64,000 nucleotides of DNA from Dehalococcoidia bacterium (GCA_963663235.2 CAXXNO010000006.1:279129-343128); one strand, 5' to 3'. Shown: positions 46,410 through 57,528, counted from the first letter of the stretch. Numbers and translations are program-made. Notes: generated by a model from the letters alone, not told the origin.

Positions 46410-47215
46410 TGAGTGCACGCGGCTGGCCTCAGGTGCGGCGCGCGCTGGTGCGCCCGACGTTCGGAGAGTCGCCCCAGTTGCTGCGGGTGGGCATAGCGGG
46501 CATGCCACAGCCGTTCTGGCCCTTCTACCGAGCCTGCGTCTGGATGTCGGGACTCTATTTCAGGATCGCGTCGCGCGGCGAGGTGGTGGGACGGGAAAAC
46601 ATCCCGCAGGGTGGTGGCTGGATGTACGCCTCCAACCATCTGTCGTCCGCCGACCCGCCGTTGATCGCCGCAATCTTGTTGCCCCGCTGGGTCAAGCACA
46701 TGGCGAAGATCGAATTGTTCCAGAGGCCCGTGCTGGGCTTCCTCTTCGCGCTCGGGGGGACGTTCCCCGTACGGCGATTTAAAAGTGACCTGGGTGCGCT
46801 GCGCGAGGCGCAGAACCTGCTCGCCGCGGGCGAGATCATCGGCATGTTTCCGGAGGGACACCGCTCTGAGACGAGGGCGCTGGTAGAGGCGCACCCCGGC
46901 ACGGCGCTGCTGGCGCTGCGCTCCAATGCGCCCGTTTTGCCTGTGGCGATTACCGGCAGCGAGGCGTTCCGACGTGGGCCCCTGATCGGGATTCAGCAGC
47001 CCCGGGTCCGTGTGGTGATCGGCAAGCCGTTCCGCTTCAACCACCAAGGGCGGATCACGCGGGTCGACGTGGAAGCCGCCCAAGGCCGTATCATGCGAGA
47101 AATTGCCGCGCTGCTACCAGCCCGCTATCGTGGCGTGTATCGGGAGCGGTTTGCCGATCTGCCGGAAAAAGCGGCCGTGGACCTGGCCGGGAGCGCGCGG
47201 GCTCGGTCGGCATGA
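46409..47215 (+). CDS. 1-acyl-sn-glycerol-3-phosphate acyltransferase (PlsC family)
   Basis: NHLSSAD (HX4D), AKIELF, FPEGHRS. The start may be ATG 46502. Confidence 0.92.
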   Translation: MSARGWPQVRRALVRPTFGESPQLLRVGIAGMPQPFWPFYRACVWMSGLYFRIASRGEVVGRENIPQGGGWMYASNHLSSADPPLIAAILLPRWVKHMAKIELFQRPVLGFLFALGGTFPVRRFKSDLGALREAQNLLAAGEIIGMFPEGHRSETRALVEAHPGTALLALRSNAPVLPVAITGSEAFRRGPLIGIQQPRVRVVIGKPFRFNHQGRITRVDVEAAQGRIMREIAALLPARYRGVYRERFADLPEKAAVDLAGSARARSA

Positions 47216-47250
47216 GCTGGCCGCGGCGCTCCGGGCGAAATGAGGGCAAC

Positions 47251-47457
47251 ATGAAGATCGTGCGATCGCAGGATATGGCCTTTCGCTTCGGCGTGCGCCG
47301 GGCCGTGCACATGATGATCGTGGTTGGGGGGCACAACAGCGCCAGCATCCGGCACTTGGCCGATCTCATCCGGGACAAGACCGCCAGAGCCTCGACGCCC
47401 GACTTCTCTATCGACCAAGTGGTCAGGCGCATCGAAGCGATCGGCGCGTTCACGTAG
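47251..47457 (+). pseudogene. ispH: Internally deleted IspH (LytB) remnant, 68-aa mini-IspH
   Basis: MKIVRSQDMAFRFGVRRAV + MMIVVGGHNSASIRHLADL + TARASTPDFSIDQVVRRI are IspH's N-terminal, domain-3 and C-terminal motifs in one frame. Canonical cmk-plsC-ispH position; SD GAGGG. Confidence 0.8.
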
Positions 47458-47468
47458 CCTCCTCCCAG

Positions 47469-48872
47469 ATGCCCACTTCACAGGCGCGGAAGAGCGGGCT
47501 GATTGCGACGGTCTCGCCGGGCAGTCTTGCCGCCGAGGCCGGCCTGCGGCCCGGCGACCAAGTGCTGGAGATCAACGGCCAGCCCATTCGGGACCAGATC
47601 GACTACCGCTTTGAGACGACCGAATCTGTCGTGGAGCTCACCGTGGTCCACGCGGGGGAACGCGGCTACGTTGAGTTCACTAAGGAGCCGGACGAGGCAC
47701 TGGGCATCGAATTCACGGACGACGCCTTCGACGCCACGTTGCTCTGCAACAACAACTGCTTCTTCTGCTTTCTCAAGGGATTGCCGAAAGGGCTGCGCAA
47801 GACCCTCTACGTCAAGGACGATGACTACCGCCTCTCCTTCCTGCACGGGAACTTTGTCACGCTCACCAACCTGACCGAGGCCGACTGGCAGCGGATGGCA
47901 AGCCAGCGGCTCAGCCCGCTCAACGTCTCCGTCCACGCCACGGACCTGGAACTGCGCCGGGCGCTGTTGAGCAACCCGGCGGCGCCGGACATCATGGCGC
48001 AGATGCGCCGCTTGGCCGCGATCGGCGTGGACGTCCAGACACAGGTGGTCCTTTGCCCCGGCGTCAACGACGGCGCGGCGCTCGATCGCACGGTCGAAGA
48101 TCTGCTGTCGTGCGAGGCGGTACAGAATATCGCAGTGGTGCCGGTCGGCTCCAGCCTGGATGGGGAGGCGCGCAGCCGGCATCCAGGGATGCGGGCGCAT
48201 ACGCCTGCCGAAGCCCGCGCCGTCCTGCGACAATTGCGCCGCTGGCAGCGCCACGCTCGCCGCACATGCGGCCGAACGGTCGTCTACCCCGCAGACGAGT
48301 TCTATCTGGCGGCCGAGGCCCGGATTCCCGCGGCGCGGACGTATGACGGTTTCCCTCAGTGGGAGAACGGCATCGGCATGGTCCGGACCCTCCTGGACGA
48401 CTGGAGCCGGACGCGGCGGCGGCTGCGCGCGCGCAATCATGCGGCGGCGCCCGCGCGGCGACTGACGATTGCCTGCGGCGCACTGATTGCGCCGACCCTG
48501 GATCGCATCGCGGTGGAGACCTCGACGCTGCTGGCGTCACAGATCGAGGTGGTGCCGATCGTGAACACACTCTTCGGGCCGCGGGTCAACGTCTCCGGCC
48601 TACTCCCAGGGCAAGCCTTCATCGACCAGCTCCGCGGGCGGGACCTAGGCGAGCGGGTGCTGCTACCGCGCGCCAGCCTGGACCACTTCGGGCGCCACTT
48701 CCTGGACGATCTCACGCCCACCGACGTCAGCGAGGCGCTGGGCTGCCCCGTGGCCTTTGCCTATACGTGGAGCGAGAGCATAGAGTGGATGGCGGCGCGG
48801 TCCGTGCGTGAGCCGCCCGTAGCTCGCGCGGTGAGTTCTCACGGTCGCGCGTGGAGCGTGGCGGGGTATTAA
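47469..48872 (+). CDS. DUF512-family protein (PDZ + radical-SAM-like Fe-S domain)
   Basis: N-terminal PDZ, CNNNCFFC, LRKTLYVKDDDYRLSFLHGNFVTLTN, ENGIG. Confidence 0.92.
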   Translation: MPTSQARKSGLIATVSPGSLAAEAGLRPGDQVLEINGQPIRDQIDYRFETTESVVELTVVHAGERGYVEFTKEPDEALGIEFTDDAFDATLLCNNNCFFCFLKGLPKGLRKTLYVKDDDYRLSFLHGNFVTLTNLTEADWQRMASQRLSPLNVSVHATDLELRRALLSNPAAPDIMAQMRRLAAIGVDVQTQVVLCPGVNDGAALDRTVEDLLSCEAVQNIAVVPVGSSLDGEARSRHPGMRAHTPAEARAVLRQLRRWQRHARRTCGRTVVYPADEFYLAAEARIPAARTYDGFPQWENGIGMVRTLLDDWSRTRRRLRARNHAAAPARRLTIACGALIAPTLDRIAVETSTLLASQIEVVPIVNTLFGPRVNVSGLLPGQAFIDQLRGRDLGERVLLPRASLDHFGRHFLDDLTPTDVSEALGCPVAFAYTWSESIEWMAARSVREPPVARAVSSHGRAWSVAGY

Positions 48873-48884
48873 GAGCGAGCGCCC

Positions 48885-50732
48885 GTGTGCGGCATCATCG
48901 GATACGTCGGCGGGCAAGCAGCGGGGCCGATCCTTCTAGAAGGCCTCCAGCGGCTGGAATACCGCGGGTACGATAGCAGCGGCATCGCCGTTTTGGACCG
49001 CGACGGCGCCCTGGCCGTGTTGAAGCGAGCGGGCAAACTGTCGCAGCTGGCGGCGACGATTCACGCCCCGCCGCCAGGGCAGACGGGCATCGGGCATACC
49101 CGCTGGGCCACCCACGGCGAGGTCAGCGATCGCAACGCGCATCCGCACGTGTCGACCTGCGGCGACGTGGTAGTAGTGCACAACGGCATCGTGGAGAACT
49201 ATCGCGAAGTGCGGCAGCGCCTCACCGCCGCAGGCCTCGGCACCACCGGCCAAACGGATACCGAGGTGATCCCTCAGTTGATCAGCCTGCATCTTCGAGA
49301 CAGCGGGGACTTCCGCAGCGCGCTTCGGCGCGCGCTGCGTGAACTCAAGGGCGGGAATGCGATCGTCGCGCTCAACCGGCGGCAACCAGACCGGATGTAC
49401 GCCGCGCGATTGGGCAACGCCGGGGGCATCGTGCTGGGGTTCGGAGAGGGCGAGTCGTTTATCGCCAGCGACCTGCCGGCGCTGCTCCCACACACGACAC
49501 GAGTGCAATACCTGGAGGACGGCGACATCGCGGAGGTGCGCTCGGACGGCGCGCGGATCTGGAACGCAGCCGGCGAGGATGCGCCGGCCGCGCCGCAGGA
49601 GGTGGGGCTGGATCCGGTGGCGGTGATGAGAGGCCCGTACCGCCATTTCATGCTCAAAGAGATCATGGAGCAGCCACGAGCCCTCTCGGACACCATCCGC
49701 GGCCGCGCCCGGCTAGAGCCCCCGGGCGTCGACCTCGCGGACCTGTCGCTGGATGACGCGACGCTACGCGCGCTCAGCCGCGTGCTCATCATCGGGATGG
49801 GGAGCTCCCTCCACGCAGCGATGATCGGACGGGCGTACATGGAGCGATTGGCGGGCATCCCGGCCGATTACGACAATGCGTCGGAGTTTCGTTATCGCGA
49901 GCCGCTGCTGGGGCCCGAAACGCTGGTGGTCTCCGTGAGCCAGTCCGGCGAGACAGTGGACACGCTCGCCGCGATGGCGCAGGCCACGCAGGCGTGGAGT
50001 GCTCCGCAAGTCACGATCTGCAACGTGGTGGGCGCGGCCTCGACGCGCATGGCGGGCGGGTCGGTGGTCTATCTGCGCTGCGGCCCGGAGGTGGGCGTGG
50101 CCTCCACGAAATGCTTTACGGCGTCGATAGCGGCGCTGTACCTGCTTGCCTGCCGGATCGGGATTGCGCGGAGGCACCTCCGGGGCGCGGCGTTGGAGGC
50201 GGCGCTGGAGGCGCTGCTCACGGTGCCGCGGCTGGTAGACGGCATGTTGCAGCAAGCGCCGACTTACCAAGCCATCGCCGAGCGGTACGTGGATGTGGAG
50301 CACCTTCTCTACATCGGGCGGGGTCTACAGTGCGCCATTGCGATGGAAGGTGCGCTCAAGTGCAAGGAGATCTCCTACATCCACGCCGAAGGCTACCCCG
50401 CGGGCGAGATGAAGCACGGCCCGATCGCGCTGATCGACCGGCGGGTGCCGGTGGTCGCGATTGCGCTACAAGACGGGCTCTACGAGAAGATGTGGAGCAC
50501 TATCCAGCAGGTCGAAGCGCGGGACGGCAGAGTGATCGCAATCGGAACGGACGACGATGAGCAGCTCAAGACACGCGCCGACGCTTTTGTCGGCACGCCG
50601 TCCGTGGACCCGCTGATCGCCCCCTTTGTCACGGCGATCCCGATCCAACTCCTCGCCTACTACCTCGCGCTGGCGCGGGGCGCCGATATTGATCAGCCGC
50701 GCAATCTGGCCAAGACCGTGACCGTTGAATAG
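48885..50732 (+). CDS. glmS: Glutamine--fructose-6-phosphate transaminase
   Basis: MCGIIG, LEYRGYDSSG, GHTRWATHG, SQSGET.DT, KHGPIAL, PRNLAKTVTVE. Confidence 0.98.
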   Translation: MCGIIGYVGGQAAGPILLEGLQRLEYRGYDSSGIAVLDRDGALAVLKRAGKLSQLAATIHAPPPGQTGIGHTRWATHGEVSDRNAHPHVSTCGDVVVVHNGIVENYREVRQRLTAAGLGTTGQTDTEVIPQLISLHLRDSGDFRSALRRALRELKGGNAIVALNRRQPDRMYAARLGNAGGIVLGFGEGESFIASDLPALLPHTTRVQYLEDGDIAEVRSDGARIWNAAGEDAPAAPQEVGLDPVAVMRGPYRHFMLKEIMEQPRALSDTIRGRARLEPPGVDLADLSLDDATLRALSRVLIIGMGSSLHAAMIGRAYMERLAGIPADYDNASEFRYREPLLGPETLVVSVSQSGETVDTLAAMAQATQAWSAPQVTICNVVGAASTRMAGGSVVYLRCGPEVGVASTKCFTASIAALYLLACRIGIARRHLRGAALEAALEALLTVPRLVDGMLQQAPTYQAIAERYVDVEHLLYIGRGLQCAIAMEGALKCKEISYIHAEGYPAGEMKHGPIALIDRRVPVVAIALQDGLYEKMWSTIQQVEARDGRVIAIGTDDDEQLKTRADAFVGTPSVDPLIAPFVTAIPIQLLAYYLALARGADIDQPRNLAKTVTVE

Positions 50733-50768
50733 CGCGCCGCCGAGGAGGACCGGCCCGGTGCGATCGTT

Positions 50769-52448
50769 ATGACGAGTCGCGTCGGATCTATCGTCGTCGC
50801 CGGCTTGCTCGTCGTGCTGGCCGTCATCGCGATCGTCCTGATCCTCACCTTGGTGGATGATGACGGCGGCACCGACGACTCTCTCGTCTCGCTTTCCTTG
50901 CGCGAGGGGGACACCGTGGGACTCGGGCTGCGCACCGAGATCCAGGTGACGGCTCGCGACTCCGAGCCGATCACGGAGGTGCGGCTGCTGGTCGATGGCG
51001 TTCTGCAGACGCGCGCGCAACCGATCTTCGACCCCGCAAGCGGCGATTTCAGCGCCAGCCTGCTCTGGGACAGCCCGGAGAGTCTGGGGGAGGCGACGAT
51101 TACCGTCATCGCGCTGAACGAGAGTGGAGAGAAGATTGAGTCGGAGATCGTGGTGACGGTCGTCGACCCGTCCGAGCTTGCCGAAGAGCAGCGCAGCCGA
51201 CCGCCGCTCACCATCCTGAGCCCGCAGCAGAACGATCGGGTCGCGTTGGACCAACCGTTGGCTGTCTTGGTACGCGGGCCGGGCGACGCGGAGATCACCA
51301 GCTTCGTGCTGGAGGTGGATGGGGTGATCGTGGACGAGGTGGAAGCTACGACTGCCACCGGGGGCGAGGCTCAGGGCGTCCTGGTCTGGCAGCCGACCCG
51401 CGCAGGGCTGGCGACCCTACGGATCCGAGCCCGCAGCGATCTGCAAGAGATCAGCGCCACCGAAGTGATCATCGAAGTGGTCAGCGGCCCGATCCGCGGA
51501 AGCGAGGATGAGACCGACGACGAGGGTCTGCTGCAGATCCTGACGCCGGACAACAACAGCGAATTCGAGTTCAGTGAAGGCCTTGTGATTCCGTTGAGCG
51601 TCGCAGTGGAGGACGCCGGGATCCTCACCGCGCTGGAGTTCTATGTGAACGCCGAATTGGTGAGCACGATCACGCCCGAGCCACTGGCCGATGACCTCTA
51701 CCGGGTGGAGATCCCGTTTGAACCGGACGAGCCCGGGAACTATGTGCTGCAGATCGTCGCGATTACGGAGGACGATCGCCGGCTCGACGACACGATCGTG
51801 ATCAACGTTGGGGGCGAGGAGGATGAAGAAGAGGCGCTGCCGGACCTCGCACCCACAGCGGTCACGGTGGGTGACGGTAACGCTATCCTCCTGACGCTGG
51901 CGAATAATGGCGGCGCCTCCCTGCAATCCGAGGCCGTGCTCGTGAGCGTGGTCCGCGCCGCCGACGGCATCCTGCTGGACGAGACGACGCTGGACGTCAC
52001 GCTTGCCGGGGGCGGGTCGCGCAACTTCACTTTGCCTGTGCGGCTGACTGAGGCGCTCGAAATCACCATCATCGTGGACACGTTGAACGCGATCGCCGAG
52101 TCCAATGAAGAGAACAATGCGATCACCACGCTCTTCGAACCGATCGCCCGGCCCGATTTGGTGACGCAGGCCTTGGAGTTGAACCAGAACGGCGTGGCTA
52201 TCGTGCGAGTGGGGAACGCGGGGGCAGCGGACATGGTCGGCACCATCAGTGTGCTGTTGCTGTTCAACGGAGAGGTCGTCGAGCAACTGAGTTTCAGCGG
52301 TGTGCTCGCTCAACAGGGATCGCTGACTCTGACCGGCAACGTGCCGATCAGCGGCGCGGGCCAACTCTCCGCTATCGTGGACCCTGACAACCTCGTGGCG
52401 GAAACGAACGAGGGGAACAACAGCCTAACTATCGATGTCGCACGCTGA
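50769..52448 (+). CDS. Membrane-anchored acidic surface protein with Ig-like and CARDB domains
   Basis: N-terminal TM, three Ig-like repeats, two CARDB-like units (LPDL...VD..N.IAESNEENN and PDL...VDPDN.VAETNEGNN). Confidence 0.82.
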   Translation: MTSRVGSIVVAGLLVVLAVIAIVLILTLVDDDGGTDDSLVSLSLREGDTVGLGLRTEIQVTARDSEPITEVRLLVDGVLQTRAQPIFDPASGDFSASLLWDSPESLGEATITVIALNESGEKIESEIVVTVVDPSELAEEQRSRPPLTILSPQQNDRVALDQPLAVLVRGPGDAEITSFVLEVDGVIVDEVEATTATGGEAQGVLVWQPTRAGLATLRIRARSDLQEISATEVIIEVVSGPIRGSEDETDDEGLLQILTPDNNSEFEFSEGLVIPLSVAVEDAGILTALEFYVNAELVSTITPEPLADDLYRVEIPFEPDEPGNYVLQIVAITEDDRRLDDTIVINVGGEEDEEEALPDLAPTAVTVGDGNAILLTLANNGGASLQSEAVLVSVVRAADGILLDETTLDVTLAGGGSRNFTLPVRLTEALEITIIVDTLNAIAESNEENNAITTLFEPIARPDLVTQALELNQNGVAIVRVGNAGAADMVGTISVLLLFNGEVVEQLSFSGVLAQQGSLTLTGNVPISGAGQLSAIVDPDNLVAETNEGNNSLTIDVAR

Positions 52449-52474
52449 AGGGCTGGAGCGGCGGTACGCGAGTG

Positions 52475-52506
52475 AGTCAAATCGGCGATTTGACTTGTGC
52501 TAGACT
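52475..52506 (+). promoter_or_regulatory. Perfect palindrome AGTCAAATCG-G-CGATTTGACT next to extended -10 TG-C-TAGACT of dnaG-rpoD
   Basis: 10-bp perfect inverted repeat at 52475-52495; TAGACT at 52501-52506. Confidence 0.55.
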
Positions 52507-52542
52507 TCCCCCACCTGGAACGACGAGCGGATCTGCGGCTTC

Positions 52543-54375
52543 TTGAGCCAAGTTGACGACATCAAGTCCCGGACCGACATCGTCGACCTAATCGGCGAGG
52601 CGGTGCCGCTGCGCCGCACCGGGCGCACCTACAAGGCGCTCTGTCCCTTCCACGCAGAGAAGACGCCGTCGTTCACGGTGGATCCGGCGCGGCAGAGCTG
52701 GCGCTGCTTCGGAGCCTGCTCCGAGGGAGGCGACATCTTCGCCTGGGTGATGCGGCGGGAGCAAGTGGACTTCCGCGACGCCCTGCATTTGCTCGCGGAG
52801 CGATCCGGCGTGCCTCTGGAAGCGCCCAGCCGCGCGACGACCGAACGCGAGGAGATTCGCCGCCGGCTGGCGGGCGTCAACGAAGCCGCCGCGACGTTCT
52901 ACCGACGGCGCTTGCTCGATAGCACCGACGCCACCGAGGCACGCACCTACCTGGAAGGGCGTGGTCTGAACGTCGAGACCGGCGAGGCCTTCAGCGTGGG
53001 CTACGCGCCGGACCTTCCCGACGCCCTCCAGGCGTACCTGACGGCACGCGGTCACCCGCAGGCCGATATCGTCGCCGCCGGCCTGGCAATGGAGGACGAG
53101 CGGGGCACGGTGGACCGCTTTCGCGGCCGGCTGATCTTCGCCATCCGTGACGGACGCGGCCAGTGCGTCGGCTTCGGTGCACGTGCATTGAGCGCTGACG
53201 GCCCCAAGTATCTCAACACGCCCCAGACGGAGTTGTTTGACAAAAGCCGCCTGCTATTCGGCCTGAACCGCGCGCGCGACGCCTGCCGGGCGACGGACCG
53301 CGTGGTAATCGTCGAGGGGTACATGGACGTGATCGCCGCGCACCAGCACAGCCAGTTAAACGTGGTGGCCTCGATGGGAACGGCGCTGACGGAGGAGCAG
53401 GTGCGCCTGATCAAGCCTCTGACGCGCAACGTTGTGCTGGCGTTGGACGCGGATGCCGCCGGGGCGGCCGCCACCCTGCGGGGCATCGAAGTCGCCCGCC
53501 GCGCACTGGGCCGCGAGGCTGACATCCGTATCGTCGAGTTGCCGGCGAACCGCGACCCCGACAACCTCATCCGCCTGGACCCGGACCTCTGGGCCGACCT
53601 GCTGGCGCAAGCGCCGACGTACCTGGACTATCGCTTCGCCCGCGCCGCGGCCGCCCGCGACCTCGGCGATCCTCGAGAGCGCGCGGGGCTCGTCGACGAG
53701 TTGCTGCCCCTCCTCGTCGATCATCCGGCCGTGCAAGAGCATTATCTGCGACGGCTGGCAGCCCTGGGGCGCGTGCAGACGTCTCAACTGTGGGCCGAGC
53801 TGACACACGCCGGCCGGGGCGGACGATCGACGCCGCGAGCCGGCGCAGCGGAGGCAGCCACGCGCCGCTCGATCATCTTCGATGCCCAGACCGACTTTCT
53901 GCTGGAGCTCCTGATCGCGCGCCCGGAACTCGGCGCCGAGTTCGGGGAAGAGGCGCTCAAATGCATCTCTGATCCCGTCGCGGGCGAATTGCTCGGCGCC
54001 GTGCTGACCGCCTCAGTTACAGCCGATCTGGCCGAACCAGTGCGGCAGTACCTGGAGCGCCTCACCCAACAGACACCGGCGACGTTGCCGACCTACTCGG
54101 ATACTGAAGCGCGCGCGGCTGCACGCGACACCCTCCAGCGGCTGCGCCGGCAGCGCGGGACGGAGGAGTTGCGCGCCAAGTTGGAGACCATCGCCGAATA
54201 CGAGCGGGAGCACCGGTCGGAGACATTGGCTGCAGTCGCCGCCTCTCTAGATCAAGGCGAACCGGCGCTGCACGACCCCGAGATCACTGAAGCCGCGCGC
54301 ACCGTCCTGGAGCATATGGCGGCGGGTCGCGAACTCCACGTCCCAAGCACAGACGAAGGAGGCACGCCCCAGTGA
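52543..54375 (+). CDS. dnaG: DNA primase
   Basis: [43 protein letters not shown]. Confidence 0.97.
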   Translation: MSQVDDIKSRTDIVDLIGEAVPLRRTGRTYKALCPFHAEKTPSFTVDPARQSWRCFGACSEGGDIFAWVMRREQVDFRDALHLLAERSGVPLEAPSRATTEREEIRRRLAGVNEAAATFYRRRLLDSTDATEARTYLEGRGLNVETGEAFSVGYAPDLPDALQAYLTARGHPQADIVAAGLAMEDERGTVDRFRGRLIFAIRDGRGQCVGFGARALSADGPKYLNTPQTELFDKSRLLFGLNRARDACRATDRVVIVEGYMDVIAAHQHSQLNVVASMGTALTEEQVRLIKPLTRNVVLALDADAAGAAATLRGIEVARRALGREADIRIVELPANRDPDNLIRLDPDLWADLLAQAPTYLDYRFARAAAARDLGDPRERAGLVDELLPLLVDHPAVQEHYLRRLAALGRVQTSQLWAELTHAGRGGRSTPRAGAAEAATRRSIIFDAQTDFLLELLIARPELGAEFGEEALKCISDPVAGELLGAVLTASVTADLAEPVRQYLERLTQQTPATLPTYSDTEARAAARDTLQRLRRQRGTEELRAKLETIAEYEREHRSETLAAVAASLDQGEPALHDPEITEAARTVLEHMAAGRELHVPSTDEGGTPQ

Positions 54376-56141
54376 CGACAGCAAGAACCAAGCGCGAGTC
54401 AAGGGCGCGCCCGCGCACGCGGCCGGCACGAGGTACGTCGCCGAACGGCGTCCGATCGAAGCGGCCGGCGCGTCGCTCGCGCGGGGTCGCCGGAGCGGTC
54501 GAGCGGCAGGACAAGAAGGTCCGGGCCCTAACCGCGCCGCTGGACGAGTTCTCCATGCCGACCGGCAAGCGGGCGATCGACCCTCGCCAGCCACCAAAGA
54601 CCACCACGAAGAAATCCACCAAGAGGGCTCCTACCCCTGCCAGAGCGGCGGCGCGGCGCACGGTGGCCAAGACGCGCGAGCGGCAACGCCACGAGGAGGC
54701 TGCACTGACGGCCTTCGACATCGTGGAGCCGAGCGCCAAGGAACTCAAAGACCTGGACGACCTAGGCGATTCCGAGCTTGGAACGGACGGCCGCGCAGCC
54801 GCAGCCGCTCCCGCCCGACCCCGGCCCCGGACCAGTAGCGCGGGGCGGCTCGCGGTCGATGAGGGGGAAGGAATCGACGACCCGGTCCGCATGTACCTGC
54901 GAGAGATCGGGAAGGTGTTCCTCCTCTCCGCGGCGGACGAAAAGTTCCTCGCGCGGCAAATAGAGGAAGGCAACTGGATTCACGACATCGAGGAGGATTT
55001 CGGCGAGGAACAGGGACGGATGCCGACCGCCCTGGAGACGTTCCTGATCCTCCTCCAGCAACTGGAGGCTCTGCGGCCGACGACCGAGATCATCCAAACG
55101 ACCCTGAAACTTCGGAAGCTCGACATCCTGGCGTTGATCCAGGACGAAACGTTCCGCGCTCGGATCGACGGCGAGATGGACGAAGAGCTGCGCAACAAGG
55201 TCCAACGACGGCTGCGTCTCGAGGAGGCGGAAGCTGAGGATCAGCTGGTGCGGGTCTCCGTTGTGACGAACATGCTGACGCTGGATCTGATGATGCGCTC
55301 GGCCGACGTGGCAGGCACAGTAAAGCGGATCTATCCGCCGTCGCGCGTGCTGCCCAAGAAGCTCGGGCAGTTGGAGCGTCGTTACGAGCGCCACTTCGAC
55401 CGGCTCAAGGAAGGCGCATACCAGGCGGAGAAGCAGCTGACTGAGGCGAACCTCCGCCTGGTGGTCTCCGTGGCGAAGAAGTACATCGGCCGGGGGCTGT
55501 CACTCCTGGACTTGATCCAGGAAGGCAACATTGGCTTGATCCGCGCGGTGGAGAAGTTCGACTACCGCAAGGGCTACAAGTTCTCCACCTACGCGACCTG
55601 GTGGATCCGTCAGGCGATCACCCGCGCGATCGCCGACCAGGCCCGGACCATCCGAATCCCGGTGCACATGGTGGAAACGATCAACAAGCTCGTGCGCGTC
55701 TCCCGGCGGCTGGTGCAAGAGTACGGCCGGGAGCCGACATCGGAGGAGATCGGGCAGGGGATGGACATCCCCTCCGACCGGGTGCGGGAGATCATCAAGA
55801 TCAGCCAGGAGCCGGTCTCGCTGGAGACACCGATCGGCGAGGAGGAGGACTCGCACCTGGGCGACTTCCTGGAAGACGCCACCGCGGTGGCCCCGGCCGA
55901 CGCCGCCAGCCATCAACTCCTCAAGGAAGCAGTGGAGGACGTCTTGTCATCGCTCACGATGCGGGAGCGGCGCGTGCTCCAGCTCCGCTTCGGCCTGGAG
56001 GACGGCCGCAGCCGTACGCTGGAGGAAGTGGGCCGCGAGTTCGGCGTCACCCGCGAACGGATCCGCCAGATCGAGGCGAAAGCGCTGCGCAAGCTCCGCC
56101 ATCCTTCGCGATCCCGCGAGCTCAAGGACTACCTGGAGTAG
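54372..56141 (+). CDS. rpoD: Primary RNA polymerase sigma factor
   Basis: [72 protein letters not shown]. Start uncertain. Confidence 0.97.
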   Translation: MTTARTKRESRARPRTRPARGTSPNGVRSKRPARRSRGVAGAVERQDKKVRALTAPLDEFSMPTGKRAIDPRQPPKTTTKKSTKRAPTPARAAARRTVAKTRERQRHEEAALTAFDIVEPSAKELKDLDDLGDSELGTDGRAAAAAPARPRPRTSSAGRLAVDEGEGIDDPVRMYLREIGKVFLLSAADEKFLARQIEEGNWIHDIEEDFGEEQGRMPTALETFLILLQQLEALRPTTEIIQTTLKLRKLDILALIQDETFRARIDGEMDEELRNKVQRRLRLEEAEAEDQLVRVSVVTNMLTLDLMMRSADVAGTVKRIYPPSRVLPKKLGQLERRYERHFDRLKEGAYQAEKQLTEANLRLVVSVAKKYIGRGLSLLDLIQEGNIGLIRAVEKFDYRKGYKFSTYATWWIRQAITRAIADQARTIRIPVHMVETINKLVRVSRRLVQEYGREPTSEEIGQGMDIPSDRVREIIKISQEPVSLETPIGEEEDSHLGDFLEDATAVAPADAASHQLLKEAVEDVLSSLTMRERRVLQLRFGLEDGRSRTLEEVGREFGVTRERIRQIEAKALRKLRHPSRSRELKDYLE

Positions 56142-57528
56142 CCGCGCCTCCACGCCAGAGCCCGTCGAGATCGCCGTCCGCAAGCGGGTAGCGGACCGTG
56201 GCGGAGTACTCCCAGCCCGTCAGCGCGGCGTCGCGCACGAGCACCCAGGCAGTGTGCTGGGGGACCGCGCCCTGCGTGTAGACAGCCATCGCGTAGGCGA
56301 GCGTGTGTTCGCCGCGCTGAAACTCGACGATGCCTAGGTCATTCACCGAGCTGAAATCGGACTCGGGCAGCCAGCCCACCTTGTAGTAGACGTGCCCTTC
56401 GCCGTCGGGCACCGCCCCTTCGATCCCGAACCAACGAGGCGCCTGCGTGAACTGTTCCAGCATCGTCCGGCTGGTCTCGGGAGCGGCCAGCTTGGCGTGG
56501 TACAGCAAGGCCAGGCCGGACACCGCGTCCGCCGCGGTGGTCAGGTTGGCGTTGAGCGCATAGAGCGGATCGTTCTCGTAGGGAAAGCCGGAGGGATGCG
56601 TGATGATCGTGTTGGCGATGCCCCAGTCGCGGAGGCGCTCGTTGACCGTGCGGAGCCCGGTGCGCAGGGTCAGGTTGCGCGCGTTGTTGTTGTCCTGGGG
56701 CACCATCACGCCCCAGATATCGGGTTGCACATCCGCGAACGTGTAGCGTCCCAATTCGAGATCGTGGAGCACGGAGAGGATGACGTAGAACTTGATAGTG
56801 CTGGCGGCCTGCATCTGGAGATCGCCGTTGATGGCAATGCGCTCACCCGTCTGCAAGTCCAGCACCGCGATGCCACCGCTAGCCGGGAACGCCTGGAAGA
56901 GCGGCTCCAAATTGCTGCGGAGGGGGCGCAGGGCGCCCGCGCCGGTATCCGGCGGGACGGTCACGGCGGACGCAGCGGACACGAGCGAGGCAGAGGTCGA
57001 CAGCAGCGGCGGGGCAGCGGGCGGGCGGAGCGGAGAGGCCGCAGCCCGTGCGGGCGGCGGGCCCGCGTCCGGGCTGAGCGCGACGGCAGGCTCCTCCGAC
57101 AGGCCGCGCGCGACGTCCAGATCGCTGCTGTCGGGGATCGTGGCCGCCAAGGGGCGGGCGTCGACGGCCAGCAAGGGCGCGTCCGGCGTGGAGGGAGGTG
57201 GAGCCGCGACGCGTTCGATCGGCGGCGGCGCGTCGGGCAGCCACGCCAGCAGCGCCCCTAGGCCCCCGACGCCAAGGGCCGCCAGGCCAAGGGACAGCGC
57301 CACGAGACCGACTGGAGACCAACCGATGCGGCCTCTGCGATTCAGCGGTGGTGGGGGGAGTCGAGCGTCGACCAGGCGCAGGGCCGGCACCACGCGGGGC
57401 GGCAGCGCGGACGGTGGACCGTCGGCTGCCGGGGCCGTCCGCGGCGAGCGGCGGGCACTACGCGCCGACGCGATCGCGACCAGCGCAAGAAACGCGAGGG
57501 CCCAAGCGCCCAGCCGAAGTCGATTCAT
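56122..57528 (-). CDS. Membrane-anchored serine hydrolase, class A beta-lactamase/PBP-like
   Basis: AASTIK (SxxK), QDN at the SDN position, YKVG at the KTG position, NDLGIV; hydrophobic segments and a Pro-rich linker at the N-terminus. Confidence 0.8.
   Translation of the reverse strand: MNRLRLGAWALAFLALVAIASARSARRSPRTAPAADGPPSALPPRVVPALRLVDARLPPPPLNRRGRIGWSPVGLVALSLGLAALGVGGLGALLAWLPDAPPPIERVAAPPPSTPDAPLLAVDARPLAATIPDSSDLDVARGLSEEPAVALSPDAGPPPARAAASPLRPPAAPPLLSTSASLVSAASAVTVPPDTGAGALRPLRSNLEPLFQAFPASGGIAVLDLQTGERIAINGDLQMQAASTIKFYVILSVLHDLELGRYTFADVQPDIWGVMVPQDNNNARNLTLRTGLRTVNERLRDWGIANTIITHPSGFPYENDPLYALNANLTTAADAVSGLALLYHAKLAAPETSRTMLEQFTQAPRWFGIEGAVPDGEGHVYYKVGWLPESDFSSVNDLGIVEFQRGEHTLAYAMAVYTQGAVPQHTAWVLVRDAALTGWEYSATVRYPLADGDLDGLWRGGAATPGSP

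Noticed and set aside
48873-48884. glmS ribozyme
   Set aside because: Only 12 nt separate the DUF512 gene and glmS.
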